From the NCBI GenBank assembly GCA_964016885.1, contig OZ024745.1, positions 84,258,001 to 84,322,000 of the forward strand: a stretch of 64,000 bases of DNA. Reading direction: 5' to 3'. A program made the translations under genes and the position numbers. Position 1 is the stretch's first letter, and each line of letters starts with the position of its first letter. Positions 41,860-54,977 of the stretch are shown one piece after another. Under the pieces are notes generated by a model. The model saw only the letters and a program-made list of their open reading frames with translations. It made no database searches and had not been told where the DNA came from. The stretch comes from Eledone cirrhosa. Taxonomy: Eukaryota.

Positions 41860-42024
41860 ATGTATATATGTGTGTGTATTTGTGCGTTATATATCTCTGT
41901 ATATATATATGTGTATATTTATGTATAGGTCTGTGTATGCATGTGTATGTTTGTGTATGTATGGATATGTGTATGTATGTGTGTATATATATATGTGTGT
42001 GTATATATATATATATATATGTAC

Positions 42025-42086
<62 letters not shown>

Positions 42087-42155
42087 ATTTGTATGTGTGT
42101 GTTTAGAGAGTTATATATATATGTATGTGTATATGTGTGTGTGTGTATGTATGTG

Positions 42156-42200
<45 letters not shown>

Positions 42201-42204
42201 ATGT

Positions 42205-42245
<41 letters not shown>

Positions 42246-42303
42246 TATATATGTATGTATGTGTATATATGTGTATGTGTGTGTGTATGTATGTGTGTAT
42301 ATG

Positions 42304-42360
<57 letters not shown>

Positions 42361-42507
42361 GTATATATATGTGTGTATGTGTGTGTGTATAGATATTTAT
42401 ACATATGTATACTCGTGTTTCTATGTATGCGTGTGAGTGTATTCACTTGTGTATATATATGTGTGTATGTGTGTATGTATGTGTATGTGTGTGTGTATCC
42501 GTGTGTG

Positions 42508-42549
<42 letters not shown>

Positions 42550-42555
42550 TGTATG

Positions 42556-42608
<53 letters not shown>

Positions 42609-42735
42609 GTATATATATGTATGTGTGTATATATATGTGTGTATATATATATGTATGTATGTGTGTGTGTGTGTATGTGTGTGTATATATATGTATATGT
42701 GTATATGTGTATATGTATGTGTGTGTATGTATGTA

Positions 42736-42827
<92 letters not shown>

Positions 42828-43555
42828 ATATGTGTGCGTATGTATATGTGTATATGTATTTTATATATGTATGTATGTATGTATGTGTGTATGTATGTGC
42901 GTGTACATGAATATATATTTGTATATATTTATATAATTTTTTTTATATATATGTGTGTGTGTTTTTATGTGTGTATTTGTGTTTATGTGTGTGTTTATGG
43001 TTGCGCGTAAGTGTGTGAGTGAGTATGTGTGTTTTTTGGGGTTTTTTTTTAGGTGTGGTTTTTTTTTGTTTTTCTGGTTTTTTGGTTTTTTGGGGGGTTT
43101 TTTGTGAATGTGTCTGTTGATTTGGCATATTGTTGATTAGTTTAAGAGAAGTTCGAAGATAATAGTAAGATATGCACTCAGTATTTTGAATCTGTCTGCA
43201 GAATTCCCTAGACCTTTGTCACTTAGCAGAACTTAATGACTTTAGCTTTTAAAGAATCTCCCTTTTCTTTAATTCTATCGAGCATGAATGACCCCCCACT
43301 GATTTTATAGACATCTGCTAGCTTAAGAGAAACTTATTGACAAGGAATGGTATGCCATCCGGAACTTGTTTATAGATTCCTGTCTGCCTTTGTTACTCTA
43401 AAAACATAAATAAATATAAATTAACTATAGCTATGTAGAATTAGCCTTTAATGAATTCCCTTCTCTATCAACCAATGACCTGCACCCATCCCACTCCCCA
43501 CCCTCTCCTACCACTTGTAGAGACCTATAAATACCATATTTATTTTTTGATACCC

Positions 43556-43606
43556 AGATTCCTGATGATTTCTAATGAATGAAACAGTTCTAGTCCTGTA
43601 GAATCT
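43556..43606 (+). ncRNA. pLTR hammerhead, terminal copy
   Basis: Identical to 39003-39053; element ends ~16 nt later in (TA)n. Confidence 0.9.
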
Positions 43607-43618
43607 CTTCTATATTAA

Positions 43619-43672
<54 letters not shown>

Positions 43673-43804
43673 ATATGTATGTATATGTATATATATAAAT
43701 ATATATATATATATACATATATACATATATATATACATATATATATACATATATATATATATACATATATACACATATACATATATATATACATATATAT
43801 ATAC

Positions 43805-44200
<396 letters not shown>

Positions 44201-44310
44201 AAAGAAGAACAAGTCAACATCATTGGATACTATCAGGGTTGCAGGTGTTATATCAGATTTTTCCTTCTCCTAGAATTCTGCCTTGACAAAAGCTAAGGGG
44301 TCATCTCTTC

Positions 44311-44372
<62 letters not shown>

Positions 44373-44493
44373 AGGTGAGTTTTATAGTAGTACAATAAAG
44401 CAATGCAGATATCGGATAAGTAGCACTCTATAGTTTGTAGGACTGGAGTATAAATAATATATAAGATCAAAAGATGGTTAAAAAAGTTCCATG

Positions 44494-44564
44494 TATTTTA
44501 TTATGCGCATTTCAAAAACAAATATCATCATGCGATGACATTTGCGTTTTCGTCAGATAAAATA
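44494..44564 (-). ncRNA. Type I hammerhead with long stem II
   Basis: UAUUUUAU-CUGACGA-AAACGCAAAUGUCAUC GCAU GAUGAUAUUUGUUUUU-GAAA-UGCGCA-UA-AUAAAAUA. Confidence 0.87.
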
Positions 44565-44724
44565 GGGAGACATGATATGAAGGTTAAAAAACACTTGTCA
44601 ATAGTGCAGTTTTAAATCAACATATGTTGAATTAAAACTGCACTATTCACAAGTGTTTTTTAACCTTCATATCATGTCTCCCTATTTTATCTGACGAAAA
44701 CGCAAATGTCATCGCATGATGATA
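44523..44724. repeat. ~200-bp spacerless palindrome overlapping the hammerhead
   Basis: Centre TCAACAT|ATGTTGA at 44623/44624; only a few arm mismatches. Confidence 0.92.
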
Positions 44725-44759
44725 CTTGTAGATATATAGATATTGATGTCAATACAATT

Positions 44760-44951
44760 AGCTTGGGAGCATCGGTAGATCACCGGACAACATCCTTTGC
44801 AGCTTAGAGTTACGGCATGTTCCGTGTTCTGATTTCAAATCCTGCCGAGATTAGCTTTACTTTTCATCTTTACAGGGTCGATAAAATAAAGCATCAGACT
44901 TTCCCCTCTCCCCAAAATTGTTGGCCTTGTGCCTAAATCTGAAATTATTAT
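44760..44951 (+). mobile_element. tRNA-derived SINE, same family as 11281
   Basis: TTCAAATCC B-box, GGGTCGATAAAATAAAG core, GGCCTTGTGCCTAAAT tail. Confidence 0.78.
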
Positions 44952-44954
44952 TAA

Positions 44955-45350
44955 GCAGTTTTTTTTTTTATATCTGTAAATTTGTCCAGATTTTCCTGCC
45001 ATGAAATAAAACAGACATCCAAATATCTTTTCCAATTGTGTGTTTTTTTTAAATATGTGTAGAATATGTTTCCAAATACTAAAAGTATTTTATCATAAAT
45101 CTTCGCATAGTATCCTATTACTAAATTAGTATATGCGCGGGGGGCAACTTTAGTGCGCATTGTAGCTCCTGATATTTGTCGATAGACTGATCCGTCTAAT
45201 ATGAAATAGTTGTTTTGTAATCTGAATCTGAATCCAACAATGATGGAGTCTTCCTTGATGCATACTGTTAATTCAAATTGGTTTGTATCTAACCAATATT
45301 TATTTGTCATTATGCAATAGTCGTGGGGGATATTTCAGTATAAATTAACG
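44955..45350 (-). pseudogene. Degenerate PLE reverse transcriptase fragment
   Basis: NNYFILDGSVYRQISGATMRTKVAP.AYTNLVIG..WKRYLDVCFISW matches PLE RT motifs B-C. Confidence 0.75.
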
Positions 45351-46197
45351 AGGCCAAAGGAAAGAATAATTGTAATTTGCAAATTTTTATGATAGTCTGT
45401 AGCAATGATAAACGGTTTCTTTAAATATAATTTCAGTGTCTATTTTTTTTTTATCGTTTAGATTTTTTTCTTTTTCTTTTTTTTCTTTTGATACATTTGA
45501 TGTAATTTTTCTATTTTTAATTATTTCGATGGGAAAATTATTATTGTGTTCGCCGTAGGAATCTAGTGTGTTATTCCTTCCTTTCATCGGGCAGATATCA
45601 CTTCAATTTCTAACTTGTAATTCGTGATCATTGTTATTTTTCTCAAAAATATATTCAAGTATTTTGTGTTTGCATTAGGAAAAGTCATTAAAGCTGATAA
45701 AAAATGATTTTTTTGTAACGTATTCTTAATAGTCAAAACTTAACTTAATTCATGTTCGTGAAGAGAATAAAGAAATATTTTCATCTGATTAAAAAAAAAA
45801 TAGTATTTTTAAATACACTCCTGTCCATTTAGACCTGCCTCCTTTTTATGCACACACACACACATGGATGGTTTCCCGAAGTTGTTCGGAAACAAAACAC
45901 AGTTAAATACGGCACTAAGTGAAGAAGCATATTTATTTCATATATAAATGACTTCTACATGACTATGACTGCTTTATTCGTATGAAATTATCAGGAATGA
46001 CATTTCTGATAATTAATTCAAATGAACAAAATACTTCTGGTCCTCTAGTAGTCATATATATATACGTATATATATATATATATATACTTCAGACAGAAAG
46101 TTACTCATTGTTGATAGACATAACATAATCAGCGAACATTTCCTCTCTTTTCTTTTATATAGTTCGACCACAAAAGGGAAGAAAAGTAAATATACTT

Positions 46198-46232
46198 CGC
46201 TGAGGAAATCTAACAATATTGAAACATGTCCG
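46198..46232 (+). ncRNA. Hammerhead core with eroded stem I
   Basis: CG-CUGAGGA-AAU CUAACAAU AUU-GAAA-CAUG-UC-CG; only 2 bp of stem I remain. Confidence 0.55.
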
Positions 46233-46444
46233 TTGTTTTCACCAGTTAACATTAATTTGGATCGATACTTTAGGTTTTATCTGCTCTGCTTACTGTTTTT
46301 AGATTTGAAACCTCCAAAGGAAGATTCTTCTTTAAATAGCAAGGAAAATCTCAGTTTATTGAAGTTCTTCACTCGACCTATTTAGTGTATGGGACTTTAA
46401 TGTGTATGTATGTAAATATACATATACACACGCACACACACACT

Positions 46445-46476
<32 letters not shown>

Positions 46477-46529
46477 GTGAAAGAGTGAAGAATAACATGG
46501 TCGACTGTATAAAAAGGGTTTTATTAACC

Positions 46530-46587
<58 letters not shown>

Positions 46588-46728
46588 ATGGAGTGTAACT
46601 TGGAGTTACTGTAGATTCACTCGGGTGAGCACTCAATGTTTAGGTTCACTTCAGTGTGGAGGTGTAGAGCTATACAGAGTGTTAAATAAGATACCAGCAT
46701 GTATTCATTCTTCCATTAACATTACAAA

Positions 46729-46814
46729 GGATCTGACGAGCCGCGGGTTACAGAGTCAGGTCACATCGATACAGATCGAACCTTGAGCTGGTCAGTGGCG
46801 AAACGCGCGTCACC
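46729..46814 (+). ncRNA. Hammerhead with long loop II, imperfect stem I
   Basis: GGAU-CUGACGA-GCCGC..(50 nt)..GUGGC-GAAA-CGCGCG-UC-ACC. Confidence 0.65.
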
Positions 46815-46991
46815 AACCAATAAACGTAATAAAGGAGTAACCAATCGTTCTTGTTATCTTATTTAACTATGTATATATATATATATGTGTGTGTAAATGA
46901 AGTAATTCCGTCGGAAAGGTCCAGGAAAAAAGAGTGCTCTATGTAGGTTACAGAGCTTAATAGTTATGTAATAAAAAACATAAGGCAATTA

Positions 46992-47052
46992 TTTCATTTA
47001 CCAGTGGTTTCTTGAAAGCAAACAAATTTTGTTTTCAATCATCAGAATGAAA
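46992..47052 (-). ncRNA. Type I hammerhead; mutated mirror copy at 52698-52758 (+)
   Basis: UUUCAUU-CUGAUGA-UUGAAAACAAA..UUUGCUUUCAA-GAAA-CCACUGG-UA-AAUGAAA; mirror has AUGAUGA and GAAG. Confidence 0.85.
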
Positions 47053-47319
47053 AAATCCTGATGTATTTATTGACATTGGATTTTAAAAACAAAAATATAA
47101 TCTATATGAAAGTGAGGCTGAAAAAGGAAGAAGCAAAGGAAAAATAAACACACATGCACACACACTTACATACACACACATATATACATACACACATATA
47201 TACACATACATACACATACACATATATATACATATACATATACATACATACACAAATATATATCAACATATCCATACATACACATACACACAAATACACA
47301 AACACGCACACACACACAC

Positions 47320-47382
<63 letters not shown>

Positions 47383-47850
47383 CACACAATCATACATATA
47401 TACACACGTACATACACACACATACATATACACATATATACACGCATCGCATACATACGCATGCACAAAGATATATGTACACACACCTACATACGCACAC
47501 ACACAAATAATTATAAGAAAAAATATAATAATAAAAATACCGTCATATAAGAATAAAAATAAATGTAAAAATTATTATGAAAATAAGCATTAAATCACTG
47601 TGTAATTATGCATATACATACACACATACATATACATACATATATATATATACACACACAGAGACACACACAACCATACAAATACACACATATATACATA
47701 CATATACATACATATACGTATATATATACATATAGGAAAAAGTATGACCCACGGCAGCTCAAGCCGTTTCTGAGGCTATTATATATATACACACATAAAC
47801 AATTATATAAAAATACACACACACAAATATACACACGCACACACACACAC

Positions 47851-47908
<58 letters not shown>

Positions 47909-48877
47909 AATACATTAGAAGCATATAAAATACAATTATATACACACATACATATACATACAGATATATATAAACATACATACACACATACATATACACA
48001 CATATATATATATATATACATATATACACATATACGCAACACACACACACACAGAAATAAATATCTAAAAATAAAAAGGTGGGTATGTGAAGGGTAAGGT
48101 AGAAAGTAGAGGGGTAAATAAGGAAAATAAATGACATAGGAAAAGGTTTAAATATAAGGGGAGATAAGGGAGAAAAAGAATATAAGAGTACAGAAAGTGA
48201 ATTCAGAAGGTAAAAAAATCGTAGTGGATATAAGGCGTAGAGAGCAGAGAAGAAGTTCAAGGTGGTTGAGTTATCGTAGGAATGTCAATCCAGTTACAGA
48301 TCATTGTGATTTCAGGTGAGGACAACTTCTGAAGATCTCGGTCTTGGAGTTCAAGCAAGTTGAAGTGGCTTTCAAGTTTTGTAAAATCCTAAATTTTTCA
48401 GTGGTACACAAAGAACAATTTGTGTGCCCCTTTGGTACTCCCTCGAATGGTTTAAAATAGACCAATCGATAGAGTACGGAATGTTTTTATCCTTGAATTC
48501 CCACACCTTATTTGCGAGAGCCGTTGCTGTTCTTTTATCGGAGTGTTTAAAAGAAGCAACATGTGCATAAAACCTGGTTTTAAACCTGTCCTGAGACATG
48601 CCAACAATTCGTTCACTCCTGGCTGGCTGGTTGTTAATTAAAGGTGTCACTTTGGCCTCATATAGAACATATTTGGTGTTACATTTGCCCTGTAATGGGC
48701 ATTCATTCGGCTTTTTTTTACCTTCTGAATTCACTTTCTGTACTCTTATATTCTTTTTCTCCCTTATCTCCCCTTATATTTAAACCTTTTCCTATGTCAC
48801 TTATTTTCCTTATCCCCCCCTCTACTTTCTACCTTACCCTTCACATACCCACCTTTTTTTATTTTTAGATATTTATT

Positions 48878-48918
<41 letters not shown>

Positions 48919-48940
48919 GTGTGTGTTGCGTATATGTGTA

Positions 48941-49003
<63 letters not shown>

Positions 49004-49403
49004 ATGTATGTGTGTATGTATGTTTATATATATCTATATGTATATGTATGTAGGTGTGTGTACATATATCTATATTTGTGCATGCGTATGTATGCGTGTA
49101 TATATGTGTGTATGTATGTGTGTGTATGTGCGTGTGTATATATGTATGATTGTGTGTATGTATATATATATATATATATATTTCGTTTCTGAATTTGTTT
49201 AGCAAGATTCTTTATCTGAAATCGTGTGTTGAAACCGATATTGTTATACTTTGGGAGGGTCATGTTGCCAATAAGAAACACACGCACCAGTTGCTTTCAC
49301 TTCAATTTATTATATATTTATAAATTTATAAATTTACGAATTTACAAACTTATAAATTTCTGGTTGGTTGGTTGGTTCCACAACCAGATAGTTGTTTATA
49401 TAT

Positions 49404-49448
49404 AGTCATAGTCCTTTCGTCACACACTCTGTGACCTCTTCAGTGACT
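49404..49448 (-). ncRNA. pLTR hammerhead, related to family X
   Basis: AGUCA-CUGAAGA-G-GUCACA GAGUG UGUGAC-GAAA-GGAC-UA-UGACU. Confidence 0.78.
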
Positions 49449-49780
49449 GGGGATTCCTTTCTTCGTTTCTGTGCCTTTCCTTTCTTCTATCCTACGCCAT
49501 TTTGTTTCTGTGTGTGTGTTGGGTGCTCAGTTTGCGCATGCGCCACCGGGTGTCTGTGTGTGTTTGTGTTCATTTATCTATTTGTTTATTTATTTATTTA
49601 TTTATTGTTGGTTGGTTGTTTGTTCTATGTGTGTGTGTGTTTTCATTTTTTCCTGTGTGTGTTTTCATTTTGTGTGTGTTTTCATTTTGTCCTGTGTGTG
49701 TTTTCATTTTGTGTGTGTTTTCATTTTGTCCTTAATTGTAAGTTGTTTGTTCTATGTGTGTGTGTGTTTTCATTTTGTCC

Positions 49781-51973
49781 TTAATTGTAAGTTGTGATGT
49801 TGCTGTTCCACTCATATTTTCTATTTAATTTTGGTTTTAATTCTTTTATGCTTACTGCCTCTGTAATTTGCCTAAACATTGCATCTTTTCTGTGTGTGGA
49901 TTCTATTTTTATTTCTATGCTCTCTAATCTACCACTGTGTTCTATCTTAGCATGTTGGTAGAGCACAGATGATTCTTTATTATCTTGGAGGTCTCGCCAG
50001 TGTTCATTTATTTGTTCCCCTATACTACGAGCTGTCTCACCTATGTACACTATATTTTTGTTTCTACATTGTCCTTCAGTACATCTTATGCTATACACTA
50101 CATTTCTAGTTTTACAGTTAATATGGGGGCTTATTTTACAGGTTATACATTTCTTATCTATACATGAGGGTCTTTGGAACGGGTATGTCTTGCTAATAAG
50201 TGTTTTTACGGAGGTACCAGGTCTTTCTACTATCTTAATATTGAGATTATGTTTATTTAGGGCCCTTCTAAATTTGTAGGCTAGTTCGCCTCTAGGGGTT
50301 GTATTGATGAACATTACACTCTGGTATTTATTGCTATCATACCATGAGTTTATTCTATTGGCCTTGTTCCTAGTTCTTTCTATTCTATTCCAAAATTTGC
50401 TCCTATACAAGGGGCAGGTCCCATTTATGTCATTATTTACCATTTTTTCCCATTTGGTTCTGGCTCCTTTATACACTCTGATTCTATCTCTCTGATTGTA
50501 GCCAGAGAACTGCATACGGTGGATGAAGTCTTGTATGTGTCTCTCTAGTTCTTCGGGGTTGCATATGCGGGACACATTTCTCATCACCCGTACCAAATCC
50601 GCAATCAGTATGTTGATTTTGGTATGGTCCGAAATGGCCAAGTTTCGGTGGATCAGATGTTTGGAAGTCATGGGTTTGGCATAATGGGAATGGAGGATTT
50701 GTTTTTGGTTGTTAATGGTATCTAACCAGAGCTCTGTGTCTAGTACAGGTAATCGATGGTTGGGGTGTCTACTTGGGTAGTCTATAGTAACTCTAATGCT
50801 CTGGTGAATGGAATTTGCTATTTGCTGGATGCTTTCCATTGTGTTTTTCTCTAGTTCCTGACTGTTCTTTAGTGGGGGTGTCTTAACTACGATGTTTATA
50901 TCATCTACGTAGCGGGAGTACATTATCAGGGTTAAGCTGTCTTCTAATTGTTCATTAAGTTTTTGTTTAAGTCTACTGTCCCACCATACCATGAATAAGT
51001 TAGCTATGTCGCCTGCAATGCTAACACCAATGGCTGCTCCTTCCTCTTGGGCATATGTTTTAGCATTAAATTTGAACATATGTTCCTTAAGGGTTAATTT
51101 TATGCTGGCCCCTACCGCATGTGCAATCATTTTCTTCAGTTCATCGTGGTTTTCGGGTGTCCGTATGGCTCTGGTCCACCCGTTCCATCTATCTGTGTGG
51201 GTTTTCTTGGCCATTGAGGTAATGGTAGGTGGTCTGCCTCTTGCTGGTCTTGTAGGGCACAGGTTGCTAAGGTCATAAGTGTCTAGGTAACTATTACTAT
51301 GGGTAAGCTTAAGTAGAAGTCCCAGCTCACTGGTATCAATCCCACGGAACTCAACCTTGCTCTCGCCGATCATTTCGACGCATTTCTCCACAGCAAAATC
51401 CACGTCAATAGATGGATACAGGGACACAACATCCATACTGCCTATTATGCAGTTTGTTAGGTCCCCAGATCGGTTACCCGCGCCGATTCTGCTGAGGAGG
51501 TCCTCCGTGCTGTCACACACATCTGGGGACATCTCAATGATGGGGCGTATGATCAGGGAGAGGAAGTAGGACAGTCTGTAGTTACTAGCAATGTTAGCCC
51601 CACAGACTGGCCGTGTTGGTGGTCCCGCGACAGGGTCCCAGCCCGTTTTATGGTCTTTTCGAAGCCCATACAACGCCGGCACGTCATTGTTCCAGGCCTG
51701 GAAGTTGTTGGTAGTCCTTTTGTTGGGCTGCATTATATTCGTCCACATCACCATATGGGCATTGAGGGCTTTTTCTCTATCCTCATGCTCCTGTGGTGTT
51801 ACCTCTCTTGTGTTAGTGATGTGGGGTTGCATTGCCTGGATGTAGTTTGGCAGGCTGTCAACCGACATTCTGCCAGACCTGTCTGTTGGAAAACATGCTA
51901 TCTCTCCATTACGCGAGCGCTGCATGAGCTTACGCAAGCCATTTGCAGATTCTTCTCCCAGTTGCTGGGACAT
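49781..51973 (-). CDS. PLE RT plus GIY-YIG ORF, 730 aa uninterrupted, probably 5'-truncated
   Basis: TDRSGR, PALYGLRKDHK, MDVVSLYPSI, GAAIGVSIAG, RYVDDI, LPVLD, NVVYSIRC..VYIGETARS..NEH, RQITEAVSI..LNRK. Confidence 0.92.
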   Translation of the reverse strand: MSQQLGEESANGLRKLMQRSRNGEIACFPTDRSGRMSVDSLPNYIQAMQPHITNTREVTPQEHEDREKALNAHMVMWTNIMQPNKRTTNNFQAWNNDVPALYGLRKDHKTGWDPVAGPPTRPVCGANIASNYRLSYFLSLIIRPIIEMSPDVCDSTEDLLSRIGAGNRSGDLTNCIIGSMDVVSLYPSIDVDFAVEKCVEMIGESKVEFRGIDTSELGLLLKLTHSNSYLDTYDLSNLCPTRPARGRPPTITSMAKKTHTDRWNGWTRAIRTPENHDELKKMIAHAVGASIKLTLKEHMFKFNAKTYAQEEGAAIGVSIAGDIANLFMVWWDSRLKQKLNEQLEDSLTLIMYSRYVDDINIVVKTPPLKNSQELEKNTMESIQQIANSIHQSIRVTIDYPSRHPNHRLPVLDTELWLDTINNQKQILHSHYAKPMTSKHLIHRNLAISDHTKINILIADLVRVMRNVSRICNPEELERHIQDFIHRMQFSGYNQRDRIRVYKGARTKWEKMVNNDINGTCPLYRSKFWNRIERTRNKANRINSWYDSNKYQSVMFINTTPRGELAYKFRRALNKHNLNIKIVERPGTSVKTLISKTYPFQRPSCIDKKCITCKISPHINCKTRNVVYSIRCTEGQCRNKNIVYIGETARSIGEQINEHWRDLQDNKESSVLYQHAKIEHSGRLESIEIKIESTHRKDAMFRQITEAVSIKELKPKLNRKYEWNSNITTYN

Positions 51974-52243
51974 ATGAGTGGAACAGCAACATCACAACTT
52001 ACAATTAAGGACAAAATGAAAACACACACACACATAGAACAAACAACTTACAATTAAGGACAAAATGAAAACACACACAAAATGAAAACACCACAGGACA
52101 TCTGGTTGTGGAACCAACCAACCAACCAGAAATTTATAAGTTTGTAAATTTGTAACTTTATAAATTTATAAATATATAATAAATTGAAGTGAAAGCAACT
52201 GGTGCGTGTGTTTCTTATTGGCAACATGACCCTCCCAAAGTAT

Positions 52244-52341
<98 letters not shown>

Positions 52342-52435
52342 GTGTGTGTGTGTGCGTGTTTGCGTATTTGTGTGTATGTGTATGTATGGATATGTTGATA
52401 TATATGTGTGTATGTATGTATGTATATGTATATGA

Positions 52436-52485
<50 letters not shown>

Positions 52486-52776
52486 GAAAGGTATAGAAAA
52501 CATATATATATGTGTATGTGTATTATGTGTATATATATGTGTATGTATATATGTGTGTGTAAGTAATTATGTGTGTGTGTGTGTGTGCGCGCACATGTGT
52601 GTTTATTTTTCCTTTTCTTCTTCCTTTTCCAGCCTCACTTTCATATATATTATATCTTTGTTTTTAAAATCCAATGTCAATAAATACACCAGGATTTTTT
52701 CATTATGATGATTGAAAGCAAAATTTGTTTGCTTTCAAGAAGCCACTGGTAAATGAAATAATTGCCTTATGTTGTT

Positions 52777-52923
<147 letters not shown>

Positions 52924-53059
52924 GTGTGTGTAGAAGTTCTATTTAAATTGTTGGGATACAATAAGCAAATATTTTTATAACTGATATAAAGCACTCAACA
53001 AATAATTGGAGTAAAGATACGGTATTAACAAATGGTAACTATATTTATAAAACCATATT

Positions 53060-53124
53060 TATTTCATTATACATATTTCAAGGACACCAAGTTAAATTAT
53101 GGTGTGCTTTCATCAGATAAAATA
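53060..53124 (-). ncRNA. Type I hammerhead, same family as the 58.4-58.8 kb palindrome
   Basis: UAUUUUAU-CUGAUGA-AAG CACACCA..UGGUGU CCUU-GAAA-UAUGUA-UA-AUGAAAUA; host element 52930-53163 aligns to 58335-58572. Confidence 0.83.
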
Positions 53125-53180
53125 TAATATAGAGCAGTTTTATAAATAAATATTGACATACCCTTAAAGAATGCGACCAT

Positions 53181-53246
<66 letters not shown>

Positions 53247-53255
<9 letters not shown>

Positions 53256-53901
53256 TAGTATATTTACCGACATATGCGTACAGATGTACACTAATGCTAG
53301 CAAATACATAAGTTATGTCATAGTACTTAGGTGGTTCAATGCAGGAGGATGCAGAACAATTATATGACAATTTTAAAAATTAAAAATTAACTTACTTACT
53401 AAAATTTTCACTCCAACTAATTATTTTATGTAATGGGATAAAGATAGTTACGCAATGTAACATCTGTACGCATATGTCGGTAAATATACTAATTCTCTAT
53501 ATTTATCTCCAAATTATTTGTTTGTTGAGCAAACCTGCCAAATCCACTACTAACTCATTGTGGTGGTAGTAGGTTTTTGTAATTTTACTACCCCATTCCT
53601 TCCGACTAGCCTCAGTGTCACGTGATTGATTCTTTAGAATCTGCCATTTGACCAGAGACAGTGAACTTTTTCAGTGCTTTGGAATTCAGTCCCCGCTAGC
53701 TGTTCCATCCACCGAATTATTATTATTTTTATATGAGTCCCTAGTGTCCGCGCATTGCCTGGAGACTTAGCTGAGAATAGACTCCCTGATGACGTAATGA
53801 ATTCTCGACAGTTACATTGCGTAACTATCTTTATCCCATTACAGAAACTAATTAGTTGGAGTGAAAATTTTAGTAAGTAAGTTAATTTTTAATTTTTAAA
53901 A
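53247..53901. repeat. Interleaved inverted repeats between (TA)n tracts
   Basis: 53247-53287 vs 53461-53500; 53370-53461 vs 53811-53902. Confidence 0.85.
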
Positions 53902-53918
53902 TGTTCTTATTTTACGTC

Positions 53919-53960
<42 letters not shown>

Positions 53961-53962
<2 letters not shown>

Positions 53963-54257
53963 AAAGAGATGCAATCGAAAATGCAACTGAAGTCTTATTT
54001 TTAAAAAATATATATATATTTATTTGGTTCCTTTACCGGTTTCGCAGTTCTTCTGCTTTTCAAAAGGTGAGTTGAGATGGAAGGTCTGTGGTTTTTCATT
54101 CAGAGACCAACCAGATGTGAGAAAAACCACAGACCCTCCATCTCAACTCACCTTTTGAAAAGCAGAAGAACTGCGAAACCGGTAAAGGAACCAAATAAAT
54201 ATATATATTTTTAAAAAAAATAAGACTTCAGTTGCATTTTCGATTTCATCTCTTTTT
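53961..54257. mobile_element. Palindromic mini-element with ~138-bp arms
   Basis: 53961-54098 inverted vs 54118-54257; follows (TA)n. Confidence 0.88.
54151..54188 (+). ncRNA. Hammerhead with U3-A8 core; identical mirror at 54030-54067 (-)
   Basis: CCUU-UUGAAAA-GCAG AAGAA CUGC-GAAA-CCGG-UA-AAGG. Confidence 0.8.
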
Positions 54258-54319
54258 CTTTATACTTCCACTCGTGTAGGACACCTCGGTTATTTTTCAT
54301 TTTGTAAAAAAAACCTCAC

Positions 54320-54366
<47 letters not shown>

Positions 54367-54369
54367 TTA

Positions 54370-54407
54370 CGAGCTGAAGATCCGCTCAGGTGAAATAATT
54401 GTTCTCG
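54370..54407 (+). ncRNA. Type I minimal hammerhead
   Basis: CGAG-CUGAAGA-U CC GCUCA GG U-GAAA-UAAUUG-UU-CUCG. Confidence 0.75.
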
Positions 54408-54571
54408 GTATGGTGAACTAACTGTTGTATAACTACTTCTACCCAACTCATCCAATGGACTGAGTGCTCTACCACTACGGATGTATATATATATATATAT
54501 CCTGCAGAAGGTTCCAGTCAGTTGAGTTGTATTTTTGCTTCTACCTATTATTGACAGATTCATATGCGCGC

Positions 54572-54649
<78 letters not shown>

Positions 54650-54927
54650 ATGTTTGTGTTTGCATGTGTGTTTGTGACTCTCCATGCTGTCTCATCTGAT
54701 GACAAAACAGACAACCAAATGTTATGCAGCAAAATTCTGAACATTTCTATTCTCACGTCTTTTAAAGAACTCAGAAACATACCCAAACAAAAGGAAATTA
54801 GGTTATTCTGCTTTAAGTATGGAGCATCCGAAAACCTTGTCTTGAATGTGAAGACTACTTAAATAATAACAGCGATGTCGATATCTGTCCATATGTTGTG
54901 GCAATTTGAGACTGTTAAGAATTATTC

Positions 54928-54977
<50 letters not shown>

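Larger units (their letters stand above)
30582..43622 (+). mobile_element. Composite Penelope-like insertion: inverted pLTR, truncated copy, pLTR, second copy, pLTR
   Basis: 30582-34088 is the reverse complement of 35657-39138; 39602-40620 duplicates 34083-35100; 40816-43622 duplicates ~36266-39070; (TA)n flanks. Confidence 0.95.
49183..52250 (-). mobile_element. Penelope-like element of a different lineage, with 5' inverted pLTR
   Basis: 51974-52095 mirrors ~49690-49815; 52100-52250 mirrors 49238-49388; (TA)n flanks. Confidence 0.92.

Noticed and set aside
31145-43128. Dozens of long Y/I/C/V/M or H/T ORFs (up to 646 aa), also at 25.5, 47-49, 52 and 58-61 kb
   Set aside because: Stop-free translations of TA/TG microsatellites
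49590-49795. Short repeated units TTTTCATTTTGT(CC) with GT runs, superficially array-like
   Set aside because: No unique spacers and no cas genes; a simple tandem repeat in a PLE 3' region, not CRISPR
53782-53840. CUGAUGA followed by a CGUAAUG/CAUUGCG helix
   Set aside because: GAAA is absent (GUAA) and stems I and III cannot be formed; at best a decayed hammerhead
54690-54730. CUGAUGA in a weak hairpin
   Set aside because: No GAAA..UH element
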